Shown here: one piece after another, positions 46,266-55,640 of the stretch
How the letters are laid out: each line of letters opens with the position of its first letter
Numbering within the stretch: the first letter of the stretch is position 1
From: a bacterium
GTDB lineage: Bacteria > J088 > JAWLBW01
Direction of reading: 5' to 3'
Length of the DNA: 64,000 bases
Assembly: GCA_041690355.1 (NCBI GenBank)
Contig: JAWLHK010000009.1
Coordinates: 1-64,000, forward strand
Translations under genes and position numbers: made by a program
The notes under the pieces: model-generated
Databases searched by the model: none
What the model was told of the DNA's origin: nothing
Seen by the model: only the letters and a program-made list of their open reading frames with translations

Positions 46266-46516
46266 TCCACTCCTGCCCGCTCTCTGCGTCGTTTCCGCAT
46301 TCAGCCAGGCTTGCGCCACCACGGTTACGGCTGAAGCCAGGTCTCGATTGCCCTGAGGTTTTCGAGCGCCACTGCGCTCCGGTTTCAGTGTACCATCGCG
46401 GCCCCCGTTACGGCAGTCTGTCAGGCCCCATCCGAAGAGACGCCGCTGCATGACGGCCTGCTTCACCGCCGCCGTCACTCCCGCGGCGGCTCCGATTCGG
46501 TCAGAATTTCTCTCAG

Positions 46517-47068
46517 GTGAGTGCACAGAACATGCAAGAGCGACCAGACCAGCGACCAGGCGAGCCAGAGCAGCGACCAGGCCAGCGACCAGGCCAGAAT
46601 GAAGCGCCCGATTCAGCGGCGGGACCTTTCGAGCGGGATCTTGAAAGCCGGAGCGTTGAACTCGACGGCAATCCGGCCTACGAAGAGTTTCTCGACGATA
46701 TCCAGCGCCGGGGGCACATGGATCACGAGTTTGCACGCCGCGCCGCGACCTCGGTGCTCTGCTCTCTCGAACAGAGCCTGCGCGCCGGTCGGGCCAAGGC
46801 CCCCGACGACACCCTGCCCCCCAGGCTTCAGCATCTCATGACGGCCTGCGAGCGGCCCGGCGAGACGCCCCCCCTTGCCTTCAACCCTGAGGAGCTCATC
46901 TATACCGTAGCCGACGATCTGCAGATTGGCGACGGCGACGCCCGCCGCATCATCATCGACGTGTTCGCCGCCACCCGCCGACAGCTGTCGCAGCACGATC
47001 AGCGGCTGGTGGCCCGCAAATTGCCGGTGGCCGTGCAGAATCTCTGGTTCGCGCACTCTGACACCTAG
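46517..47068 (+). CDS. DUF2267-like protein
   Basis: YEEFLDDIQRR...ARRAATSVLCSL...VFAATRRQLS...KLP; N-terminal QRPG repeats; start uncertain. Confidence 0.65.
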   Translation: MSAQNMQERPDQRPGEPEQRPGQRPGQNEAPDSAAGPFERDLESRSVELDGNPAYEEFLDDIQRRGHMDHEFARRAATSVLCSLEQSLRAGRAKAPDDTLPPRLQHLMTACERPGETPPLAFNPEELIYTVADDLQIGDGDARRIIIDVFAATRRQLSQHDQRLVARKLPVAVQNLWFAHSDT

Positions 47069-47122
47069 TCTAGTGCGCCAGATCAAGTCCTCGACCGTCG
47101 ACGCGCGCCGCTGCTGAGCGCT

Positions 47123-48028
47123 TCAGGGCGCCCGGCTTCGCTGCTCCGGACGAGGCACCATGATGGACAATGCGGCGGGGAGAACGCCGAACTGCAGCGG
47201 CGAGGCCAGCACCGTGGGCTCGCCGTCGAGATTGACGAGCATGCGCCGGCCGGCCGAGACCAGAAGCCGCTGGGTCTTGAAGGAGCGGCTCCCCAGACGC
47301 TCCACCACCGAGGCGCCCCGCTCCGAGCCGCGCAGGAGTCTTCCGAGGCCGGGCTCGAAAATGACGACGTCAAGCCGGGCGTCGTCGAGGGCCGCATCGC
47401 GCGTGACGCGAAATCCTCCCCCGAACGAACTGCCATTGGCCACCGAAAGCTGATAGATATCGAGGGTCTCGCAGCGTCCGCCGGCACAGACCTCGACGCG
47501 CTGGGTTTCGTGTCGCCGGACACGCCGCACGGTTTCGAGCGCGTACGCCACGCGGCCCCAACGGCGTTTGCGCGCCGCCGGAAGATCGCGAGCGACATGC
47601 GCGCCGACCCCCAGCGAAGCGGCATTCACGAACAGCCTGTCGTTGACCGTCCCGAGGTCAATCCGAATCAGCTCACCGGTGCGCGCAACGTCGAGGGCAG
47701 CGTGCCAGTCGAGGGGAATCTCGAGGCTGCGGGCAAGGTCGTTTCCGGTCCCGCACGGGATGAGGATGAACGGAACCGCCGCCTCTGCCGCCCCGTTCAA
47801 CGTCAGGTGCAGCGTGCCGTCGCCGCCGGCGACGACGACCCGGTCATAGGCGTGGGCCCGGACGGCGCTTCGCACGCGCGAGCGGGTTTCGCCGCCGCGG
47901 CAGGCCATGTCGTCGACCCGCCAGCCCCAGTCATGCAGGGCCGAGCGGATCGGGCCGATCGGGCAGGCAGGGCGATGGAGCCCCGCGTGACGATTGTGGA
48001 CGAAGAGAACGCGCACCTGCCCGATCAT
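47123..48028 (-). CDS. Diacylglycerol kinase family lipid kinase (YegS-like)
   Basis: AGGDGT, PCGTGNDLARSL, NGSSFGGG, NLDGE. Confidence 0.9.
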   Translation of the reverse strand: MIGQVRVLFVHNRHAGLHRPACPIGPIRSALHDWGWRVDDMACRGGETRSRVRSAVRAHAYDRVVVAGGDGTLHLTLNGAAEAAVPFILIPCGTGNDLARSLEIPLDWHAALDVARTGELIRIDLGTVNDRLFVNAASLGVGAHVARDLPAARKRRWGRVAYALETVRRVRRHETQRVEVCAGGRCETLDIYQLSVANGSSFGGGFRVTRDAALDDARLDVVIFEPGLGRLLRGSERGASVVERLGSRSFKTQRLLVSAGRRMLVNLDGEPTVLASPLQFGVLPAALSIMVPRPEQRSRAP

Positions 48029-48078
48029 GGGCGATCGGCCCGCCGTGCGCAAGGCTGAGACGCGACCGGCTCGCCCGT

Positions 48079-50406
48079 TCAGTGGTGCGCGGTGTTCGCC
48101 TTGCGGCTCGCGAGCTTCAGCGCCGGCAGAGTGAGCGTTTCGGCGTCGGGATGCCCCTCGACGATCCGGTAGACGCCCCCCGCCTTAAGGTTGCGCAGGG
48201 TCTGCGTCGCGCCCGGGCGAGCCCAGCGAATCTCGAGTTCGTCAATCTGCGCGGCAGAACCGATGCCGATCTCGACCGCGAGCGTCGAACTCCCGAAGCT
48301 CCCCCCCGGGGTCACCGTGCGATAAAGCACGCGCTCTCGCCCCCCTTCTCGAATGCGGATGCGAAGACGGCTGCCGATGGCGCTGCGGTTGGCCTCGACC
48401 CCCTGCAGGCGTAAGGAGACCATGCGGCCGGGGAAGCCCGGATTCTCGAAGATCGAGTCTGCAAAGGTATCGCCCGGAACCCAGCCGCCGAAACTGGCGA
48501 CGACATCCCGGTCGCCGTCCTGGTCGAGATCGCCGAGACCGATGCCGTGCCCCTTCTGCAGCACACCCATGCCGCTCGCAAAGGTGACGTCGTCGAATCC
48601 GCGACCGTTCGCGTTCCGATAGATCCGGTTGGGAAGCAGGTACTCGAACGGCGGACCGCCGGTGCCCAGCAGCAGGTCGGGCCAGCCGTCGTTGTCCAGG
48701 TCGCCGAAATTGGCGCCCATGACGAGCAGGGCGGTATTCAGACCCCACGCCTGGCCGGCGTCTTCGAACTGAAGGCTGCCCCGGTTGAGAAAAAGGTGGG
48801 CCGCTTCGGCACCATGAGGCATCCCCTGCATCAGGGCGCCGAGATCCTCCGATTTTCCGTCCCAGGCGCCAACGAAAAGATCGTCTCGCCCATCCTGATC
48901 GGCGTCGAAGAAAAATGCGGGGAACCCCTGGCGCACGGAGTCGAAGGCGGTGGTTTCCAGCGGCGAGAACACGCCGTCGCCGTCGTTCAGATACAGACGG
49001 CTTTTTCCCCGGTGCACCGACACAAACAGGTCGGTATCGCCATCGTCATCCGGATCGCCGGCCGCGACCCCCATGCAGCTTTCCTGCGGATGCACCCCGA
49101 AGCCACTGTCGGCCTTGAGGCTGAACCGGTCCCCCACGTTCTCGTACAGGCGCGAGCTCACATGCGCATCGCAGACAAAGAGATCGAGCCGGCCGTTGCC
49201 GTCGAAGTCTCCCCAGACCGAGGCGATGTTGAAACTGCTTTCGGCAAACAGGCCTGCTTCGCGGGTCACGTCGCGAAACCGCCCGCCCTCGTTGCGCAGC
49301 AGGGTATTGCGCACGCCGACGCCGAATGCTTCATCATGAATGCCCGGCCGCTCCCAGATACCCCGCGTGACGTAGACATCGAGGTCGCCGTCGTTGTCAT
49401 AATCGGCCTGCAGCAGACCGACCGCGCCGAGCACGCTGTCGAGCCCCCAGGCCTCGGTCACATCCGTGAATCCCCCCCGGCCGTCGTTCAGGGCAAGGCG
49501 CAGGGGGTCGCAGTACCCGGCAGAGGAGCGGAGGATGTCGAGGCGCCCGTCGCCATTGAAGTCGTCGACGGCGACGCTCCCCACGAGCCCCATGTCGTGG
49601 AACCCGAGCTCGGGGGCCAGGTTGCGGAAGCGGGGAAAGGCAGAACGGCTGCGGAAGGCCTCCGGCGGGATGCGCCATTTCTCGGGCACGCCGTGCGGAT
49701 AGGCGCCGAGCGTCATGTAGCCCAGGTTGAGAAGCCAGCGCACGAGCCGATCGCCCGGATCCTTTGCAAGCACGGCGCCGAAGGTCTTCACGGCGGCTGC
49801 CGAGCCGCCGGGGTCGCGATGGTAGGCCGCCGGCGTCAGCGGGAGGATGCAGGTTTCGGCGTTGTGGTTCTCGAGGCAGTTCGCGAATTCTCCCTGGCGC
49901 AGCTCGGCAATTCCCAGACGGATACGGGCGCGGTGTTCCGCTTCCGGCGACACCCGGACCCCGAGCGCCGCCGCCTGCCGGTAGGCATCGACCGATTCCG
50001 TCACGCGCCCCTGGGCAAGAAGAAATTCGCCCAGCCGATCGAGCAGTTCGAGCCGTCGCGGCAGATCGGTGCGTTCGGCCTCTGCAGCCGCCGTGCGAAA
50101 CAGGTTTTCACACGCCGCCGGCTGCTCGGCCCGTTCGACGGCACAGCGGTCCTGTATCCCGGGCGGAGTACCGGCCAGGCAGTGGCCGCGCACGGTGCGC
50201 ATTTGAAAGTAGGCTCTGTCGGCGCGTTCCTGAACCGACGCCTCCCAGTCAGGAGAGGCCGAGAACGCCGCCTGCACGGCGCCGCCGTTGTCCGAGGGGT
50301 CTTCGGCATCGAGAACGATACCGCCGGCCGACGGTTCGTTCCCGCAACGGCTGCAGGCCGGAGTTTCAAGAAGGAGAAGCAGTGCGAGACAGGCGCGCCG
50401 GAGCAT
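48079..50406 (-). CDS. CRTAC1 / ASPIC-UnbV FG-GAP repeat protein with TPR-like N-terminus
   Basis: Multiple DxDxDGxxD repeats, NRSAIGSRL, GGSFGS...EIGIG. Confidence 0.88.
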   Translation of the reverse strand: MLRRACLALLLLLETPACSRCGNEPSAGGIVLDAEDPSDNGGAVQAAFSASPDWEASVQERADRAYFQMRTVRGHCLAGTPPGIQDRCAVERAEQPAACENLFRTAAAEAERTDLPRRLELLDRLGEFLLAQGRVTESVDAYRQAAALGVRVSPEAEHRARIRLGIAELRQGEFANCLENHNAETCILPLTPAAYHRDPGGSAAAVKTFGAVLAKDPGDRLVRWLLNLGYMTLGAYPHGVPEKWRIPPEAFRSRSAFPRFRNLAPELGFHDMGLVGSVAVDDFNGDGRLDILRSSAGYCDPLRLALNDGRGGFTDVTEAWGLDSVLGAVGLLQADYDNDGDLDVYVTRGIWERPGIHDEAFGVGVRNTLLRNEGGRFRDVTREAGLFAESSFNIASVWGDFDGNGRLDLFVCDAHVSSRLYENVGDRFSLKADSGFGVHPQESCMGVAAGDPDDDGDTDLFVSVHRGKSRLYLNDGDGVFSPLETTAFDSVRQGFPAFFFDADQDGRDDLFVGAWDGKSEDLGALMQGMPHGAEAAHLFLNRGSLQFEDAGQAWGLNTALLVMGANFGDLDNDGWPDLLLGTGGPPFEYLLPNRIYRNANGRGFDDVTFASGMGVLQKGHGIGLGDLDQDGDRDVVASFGGWVPGDTFADSIFENPGFPGRMVSLRLQGVEANRSAIGSRLRIRIREGGRERVLYRTVTPGGSFGSSTLAVEIGIGSAAQIDELEIRWARPGATQTLRNLKAGGVYRIVEGHPDAETLTLPALKLASRKANTAHH

Positions 50407-50492
50407 GACGAGACAGTATACCCGACGGACTGTGCTTCGTCGCGCCCTCGGATTGCGGGGAGCCGCACGCGTGCAGTACGATGGAAAGCTTC

Positions 50493-51125
50493 ATGACGAC
50501 TCCGACACCGACAACCTCCGGTTCCGCCGCACGCCCGCATGCCCTGCGGCGCCTGTATGACTGGGTGCTTCACTGGGCTCACACCCCGTACGGGATGCCG
50601 GCGATCTTCCTGATCGCCCTCATCGAGGCCTCGGTCTTTCCCATCCCCCCCGATGTGCTGCTCATGGCCCTGGTCATCGGCCGGCCGCCGCAGTGGGTGC
50701 GGTATGCCGCCGTCTGCACGCTGGGCTCGGTAATCGGCGCCCTGCTCGGCTACGGCATCGGATTCGCGTTCTGGCACGCCGTCGATCAGTTCTTTCTGAC
50801 CTACGTTTTTTCGCCCGACGTCTTTCAGCTCGTCGTCGGCAAGTACGAACAGGCGGCCTTTCTGACGGTCTTCACGGCCGCCTTCACGCCGATCCCGTTC
50901 AAGGTCATCACCATCGCGGCCGGCGTGGCTGAAATTCCGATCCCCGACCTCGTCGCCGGGTCGGTGCTCGGGCGGGCCATGCGTTTCTTCATCGTGGCCG
51001 GCCTGCTCTACAGGTTCGGCCCCCCGATACGCAATTTCATCGACCGCTATTTCGGCCTGCTGACGATCGTCTTCACCCTCCTGCTCATCGGCGGATTTCT
51101 CGCCGTGAAGTACCTGCTGCAGTAG
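50493..51125 (+). CDS. YqaA/DedA (VTT) family membrane protein
   Basis: EASVFPIPPDVLL, GSVIGALLGY, FTPIPFKVITI. Confidence 0.9.
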   Translation: MTTPTPTTSGSAARPHALRRLYDWVLHWAHTPYGMPAIFLIALIEASVFPIPPDVLLMALVIGRPPQWVRYAAVCTLGSVIGALLGYGIGFAFWHAVDQFFLTYVFSPDVFQLVVGKYEQAAFLTVFTAAFTPIPFKVITIAAGVAEIPIPDLVAGSVLGRAMRFFIVAGLLYRFGPPIRNFIDRYFGLLTIVFTLLLIGGFLAVKYLLQ

Positions 51126-51140
51126 GCGCGTAGCGGCCGG

Positions 51141-51668
51141 CTATTTTTCGGGCGCGATGACGCCGCAGGCAATGCGCCCCCCGGCGTTCCCGGCCGGATC
51201 GGAGCGGTGGTCGTCGACCCCCTCGTGAATGACGAAGGCGGCTCCGTCCTTGTCGAGCAGCGCCTCTTTACCCTCGGTGAGCGAGACCCCTTCGAGCAGC
51301 GCTCCACCCTGCACCATGCCCCCCTCGAGAACGACGAGATTGGGCAGGTCGCCGACGTGCTTGCCCTGCGGATTCCACAACCCGTGCTTTTTGTCGGCTG
51401 GATTGAAGTGGCCGCCCGCCGACTTGAAATCCGGCGTCTCGCAGCGTCCCGTCTGGTGAATGTGAAAGCCGTGGGGACCCGGCGGGAGACCGCGGAGTTC
51501 GAAGCGCACCTGAAGGCCGCCGGGATTCTGCTCGAGGTGAACGATCCCGACGGTCTCACCCTTGGCGTCGATCATCTTCGCCTGCGCCTTGTGGTGCGCG
51601 GCGTGAACCGTGCCCGCCACGAACAGAGTGGACAGAATCGCCGTCAACCGGATACCGAATCGCTGCAT
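51141..51668 (-). CDS. sodC: Cu/Zn superoxide dismutase, secreted
   Basis: HGFHIH, SAGGHFNP, HVGDLPN, IHEGVDD, GNAGGRIACGVI. Confidence 0.94.
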   Translation of the reverse strand: MQRFGIRLTAILSTLFVAGTVHAAHHKAQAKMIDAKGETVGIVHLEQNPGGLQVRFELRGLPPGPHGFHIHQTGRCETPDFKSAGGHFNPADKKHGLWNPQGKHVGDLPNLVVLEGGMVQGGALLEGVSLTEGKEALLDKDGAAFVIHEGVDDHRSDPAGNAGGRIACGVIAPEK

Positions 51669-51836
51669 GCTGCCTCCATGCCAGAAAGAAGGTTATCTCA
51701 GGCATTGTAGAGCAGAACGCACTGCCGTGGGAGCATGGAGGCCCGGAAACTCAACCCCGGTGTTCCCGCCTCGATTTGTTGACGCGGAAACCGTCGCCGT
51801 AGAAACACTGCGGCAAGCTCTCGTGCATCCGCAGGC

Positions 51837-51861
51837 AAAAAAAACCCGGCCGGAGCCGGGT
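51837..51861 (-). terminator. Intrinsic terminator
   Basis: Minus strand acccggc-tccg-gccggg followed by T8. Confidence 0.85.
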
Positions 51862-51883
51862 CGAAATGTCTCTGCTCAGGTGC

Positions 51884-52120
51884 TCATCCCTGATGAACGT
51901 GGCTGCCGTGGCCCCCGCGCCGAGGGCCGGCGCTGAAATCATCGGCCCCCTTTTTCGCCATCAGAAAGGCGGCAACCCACCCGACGACGCCGGCGGCAAC
52001 CGACGCGATCTTGATCGCATCGTTTTCCAGTACGACGCCGAGCGACAGGCCGACGACGAGAATGCCGACCATGCTCCACATGAGCACGCCGGCGGCCAAA
52101 AGATACTTTCCCTGTTCCAT
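51884..52120 (-). CDS. Small two-TM membrane protein
   Basis: Two hydrophobic segments, SD-like GGGGA, followed by terminator. Confidence 0.65.
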   Translation of the reverse strand: MEQGKYLLAAGVLMWSMVGILVVGLSLGVVLENDAIKIASVAAGVVGWVAAFLMAKKGADDFSAGPRRGGHGSHVHQG

Positions 52121-52216
52121 GGTCAGTTCCCCTGGTTCAACTGAGGTAGTGAAAGCGATACGGTACCCTGCCGCCGCCGAAATCGCAATCCGGCTCCGGG
52201 GTTTACCCCATAGGGA

Positions 52217-52525
52217 TTATCGCTGCACAAGCCTGCGGACGCTGTCGGGGATCCGCTCCGGCGCATCGGCCGCGGCGGCGCGGATCAAGTCGGGACGCAC
52301 GACCCACAGCCACGCCAGCGCCTCTTCGGCAGGCGGCCGGCCGCCCGCGGGGCGCCAGAGCAGGCGGGAATCATGCACGCCGACCGCGCTTGCGAATTCG
52401 GCGGCCACCGCCGCGATGCGCCGGTCGACGTCGGCAAACTCGGTCACGGTGTCCCACTCGACGGCTTCAGGCGGCCCGGCAACCCAGGCATCAAGCTGCA
52501 GGCCGAAGTCAGCGGGGTCCGCCAT
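52217..52525 (-). CDS. Hypothetical protein
   Basis: GGAGG SD before ATG 52525; overlaps upstream gene. Confidence 0.6.
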   Translation of the reverse strand: MADPADFGLQLDAWVAGPPEAVEWDTVTEFADVDRRIAAVAAEFASAVGVHDSRLLWRPAGGRPPAEEALAWLWVVRPDLIRAAAADAPERIPDSVRRLVQR

Positions 52526-52736
52526 GCCCCTCCAGCCATCCGCCCGAAGGCGCAGTGCGCTGCGGCGCCAGAATGTGATCGACGACGAGCCAGGCCCCAC
52601 CCGCGACGACGGTAATCCCCAGCACCATGACGGCGAACACCTTGAGGCGCGAACGCCCCTCGGCGGCGACTTCGAACAGGACGACCACCCCGAAGAGAAA
52701 CGCGAAGAGGGCGACGATGACGTAGGGAAAACCCAT
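52509..52736 (-). CDS. Small two-TM membrane protein
   Basis: MGFPYVIVALFAFLFGVVVLF... in the same-strand run after bolA. Confidence 0.6.
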   Translation of the reverse strand: MGFPYVIVALFAFLFGVVVLFEVAAEGRSRLKVFAVMVLGITVVAGGAWLVVDHILAPQRTAPSGGWLEGHGGPR

Positions 52737-52762
52737 GCGGCGAGATTCCGGGGAAAATGAGA

Positions 52763-53083
52763 TCAGGATTCGTGTTTCGAGCCGCCCATGCACGGCGGCG
52801 CCGGATTGGCGACTTCGCCCCCGGCCGCGTCCCACTCGGCGGGGGTGAGCGTCTTCATGGTGAGCGCGTGGATACTCTTCATCAATTCCCCCAGCGCGTC
52901 ATAGACCCGGCGGTGCCGATGCAGGGGCGAGAGTCCCGCGAAGGCGTCGGACACGATAATCAGGTTCCAGTGGGTCTCAGACCCCTTGGGCACGGCGTGC
53001 ATGCCGCTGTCGTTCTTCAACGCCATGCGTGCCGGCTGCAGGCCGGCGAGAAGGCGATGTTCCAGTTGCTCGCGAATGCTCAT
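52763..53083 (-). CDS. bolA: BolA family protein
   Basis: NDSGMHAVPKGSETHW, HRRVYDAL, IHAL, PPCMGG. Confidence 0.93.
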   Translation of the reverse strand: MSIREQLEHRLLAGLQPARMALKNDSGMHAVPKGSETHWNLIIVSDAFAGLSPLHRHRRVYDALGELMKSIHALTMKTLTPAEWDAAGGEVANPAPPCMGGSKHES

Positions 53084-53421
53084 CAGGAATCATTATACAT
53101 CTCCAGCTGCACGACCACCGCCGCCTTGCGCAACCGTTTCCAGGCAAACCGCCCTGCCGCCTCGCGCAGCCCCGCATCGAGCACGCGCGCCTGCATCTGC
53201 GCCTCGCGCCGCTTCTGCGCGTCATAGGCCGCTGACGCGCGCGCATGCAGGGCGGCGCGCGCGTGATCGGGCAGTACGTTCAGTTCCCGCGGGAGATGGC
53301 GATTGAGCCAGTCGCAGAGAAAATCATGTTCTTCGACTTCGAGCTCGCGCGAATCGACGCCGTAACGCACGCGCCGCCGGCCCGGTCCGGTAACGAGGGG
53401 AATTTCGAGTTGGAGGGTCAT
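53083..53421 (-). CDS. Hypothetical protein, translationally coupled to bolA
   Basis: TGATG overlap at 53083; TATAAT upstream. Confidence 0.65.
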   Translation of the reverse strand: MTLQLEIPLVTGPGRRRVRYGVDSRELEVEEHDFLCDWLNRHLPRELNVLPDHARAALHARASAAYDAQKRREAQMQARVLDAGLREAAGRFAWKRLRKAAVVVQLEMYNDS

Positions 53422-53519
53422 CGTCGCGCTGCAAGCAATTATAGCCCGCCGCACGGGGCCCCGGCACGAAGAAAGCGAGGCTCCCCGGGTTGCGACTGCC
53501 GCCCGGGGCGACCCGTAGC

Positions 53520-54581
53520 TTACTCCAGCGTGCGGGGTTCGTTGTCGGCGCGACGCTCGCCCTCGCGGCCCGAAGTCTGCGCGACCGGTTCACCCACGGG
53601 GCGCAGGGTCGCCGATCGCGGTTTCACGCTCCATTCGACGGCGCCGATGATGGTGACCGGCTCGATGACGATCGGGAAGTCATCATCCTGCCGGTTGAGG
53701 AACCATTGGTCTTCTTCTTCGCGCAGGATGCCGATGAGCACCTTCTCGCCTTCGGCGACGGCGACGAGCTTGCCGATCAGCCAGCGCGTGTCGAGCACCG
53801 AATGGTTGATGCCCACCAGGTCGCCCGACTCGACCAGCCGGCCCATCTGCGGGTCTTCGACCGCCACGCACGTGTACGACGAGGGGGTCTCGAGCCAGTC
53901 CCAATCGATCATGGCGTAGGCCAGGATGTCATCGGGGCCCAGCATGGCCGGGCGCTTGGTCGCCGCCGACGGTCGAACCTGGGGAACCGCACAGGCGGGC
54001 TGCGATTCTTCGAACGGCGTCTCTTCAACTGCGGCGACGGCGGTTTCGGTTCCGTCGCCGTCCATGGCGTCGACGTCGAACCAGGCGCGCTGCGGTTCGG
54101 GCACGTTGTCGGCTTCGAACCGGGCCGGATGCGTGCGTTCGAAGACGGGGGTCGAGCCGACCACGTACAAGCCACCCAGAATGAGCGCGGTCGACAGCAT
54201 TGCGGCGAGGCCGTACGCCCCGCTCGGCGCCAGCAGCGTATGCACGACGCTCGACAGGCCGAAGACGCCGATGCCGAACAGGGCGGCGCCGTAGACGACG
54301 GCAATCTGCCCGCCCCGCTTGGGCTCTTCGACCGCGAGCCCGCGATTGAGAAAAATCCCGCTCAGCGGGACCTTGCCGCTCAGCCCCATCAGGCCCGCCA
54401 TGGCCGCCAGCGCCGCGACGACGGCCGTCCACTCGCCCGGACCGCCGCGCAAGGCCGTCCAGCCCCCCAGAAAAAGGAGCAGACTCACGGTGAACAGGCC
54501 CAGCCCCGTCCACAACTCGAAGCGTTCGCGATCCTGCAGCAGGCGCCGCAGCACCTCGCGTCTTGCACGTTTGAAAGGCAC
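53520..54581 (-). CDS. Four-TM membrane protein with C-terminal S24/LexA-like domain
   Basis: GGAG SD with GTG start; C-terminal VAVEDPQMGRLVESGDLVGI...IIGAVEW pattern. Confidence 0.65.
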   Translation of the reverse strand: MPFKRARREVLRRLLQDRERFELWTGLGLFTVSLLLFLGGWTALRGGPGEWTAVVAALAAMAGLMGLSGKVPLSGIFLNRGLAVEEPKRGGQIAVVYGAALFGIGVFGLSSVVHTLLAPSGAYGLAAMLSTALILGGLYVVGSTPVFERTHPARFEADNVPEPQRAWFDVDAMDGDGTETAVAAVEETPFEESQPACAVPQVRPSAATKRPAMLGPDDILAYAMIDWDWLETPSSYTCVAVEDPQMGRLVESGDLVGINHSVLDTRWLIGKLVAVAEGEKVLIGILREEEDQWFLNRQDDDFPIVIEPVTIIGAVEWSVKPRSATLRPVGEPVAQTSGREGERRADNEPRTLE

Positions 54582-54772
54582 GTTTCTCCCTCCCCCGGAA
54601 ACTCAAAAAATCCCGTCAACCCGAAACTTGCATCCAGTATTCGACCCTCTTGCCAAACTGTCAAGGACTGCCTCTGTCTGGGGGGCGCAACCGGAGCTGC
54701 ACCGGCCTGCGCAGCGCAGCGGTCCGGTGACCCGGGTGGTCCGGAATCGGGCAGCCGGGTATCATGTTGGGC

Positions 54773-55600
54773 ATGTACGAAAGACTTCTTCTCGCTCTCG
54801 ATGGTTCTGACTACGCCGAATGGGCGCGGTCGGTCGCGCTTCAGCTCGTGCGTCCCGGCGGCACGGTTCATCTGCTGCACGTCGTCGACATCGTCACCCT
54901 CGAGGGGACGTTTCTGCGCGACCTCGCGGGAGCCATCGGTGTCGAGCCCTATCTCAATCTGTCGCCCAAGATGGAGAAGATTCTGCAGGAGAAGGGGAAG
55001 GCCCTGCTCGAGGCCCATCGCGAAGTCGTGACTGCCGCGGGCTTCGACTGCGAGACCGAGCTGGTCACGGGCATCATCGCCAGCGAAATTCTCAAGCGCG
55101 CCGAGTCGGCCGACGCCGTCGTCGTCGGCCAGCGCGGTTCGAACGCCAGATTTCACGCCGGCCTCGCGGGTTCGGTCAGCGAGGTGCTCGTGCGCCGGGC
55201 GACCTGCCCGGTCGTCGTCGTACCGCAGAAGCCCGGCCCCATCGGCGACATCCTGCTCGCCTATGACGGCAGCCCGCCGTCGACCCGCGCGCTCGAACAC
55301 GCGGCCCGCCTGGCTGCCGGCCTCAAGGTTCCGGTCGCCGTCGTGGCCGTGACCGACGACGGGGCCGAGGGAGACAACATGCTGGCGCCGGCCCGACGCC
55401 TGCTTTCCGAAGCGGGCGTCACGTCGACCTTTGCGACGCGCCCGGGCAAGGCGGGAGAAGCCATTGTCGCCGAAGCGGCCGGTCACGGCCTGCTCGTCGC
55501 CGGCGCGCACGGCCACTCCCGTATCGTTGAGCTCGTCGTCGGTTCTACGACAGAGTACCTGCTGCGCAACACGCCGATCCCGGTCCTTTTCGAGCGCTGA
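54773..55600 (+). CDS. Tandem-domain universal stress protein
   Basis: LLLALDGS...GSVSEVLVRRATCPVVVVP and ILLAYDGS...GAHGHS...GSTTEYLLR. Confidence 0.93.
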   Translation: MYERLLLALDGSDYAEWARSVALQLVRPGGTVHLLHVVDIVTLEGTFLRDLAGAIGVEPYLNLSPKMEKILQEKGKALLEAHREVVTAAGFDCETELVTGIIASEILKRAESADAVVVGQRGSNARFHAGLAGSVSEVLVRRATCPVVVVPQKPGPIGDILLAYDGSPPSTRALEHAARLAAGLKVPVAVVAVTDDGAEGDNMLAPARRLLSEAGVTSTFATRPGKAGEAIVAEAAGHGLLVAGAHGHSRIVELVVGSTTEYLLRNTPIPVLFER

Positions 55601-55640
55601 TCCCTTCCCCTCCGGCACATGAGCCCCGATAATGGGGCGC

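Noticed and set aside
46535..46600. 12-bp repeat as a DNA element
   Set aside because: In-frame low-complexity coding repeat (QRPG) in the DUF2267-like gene
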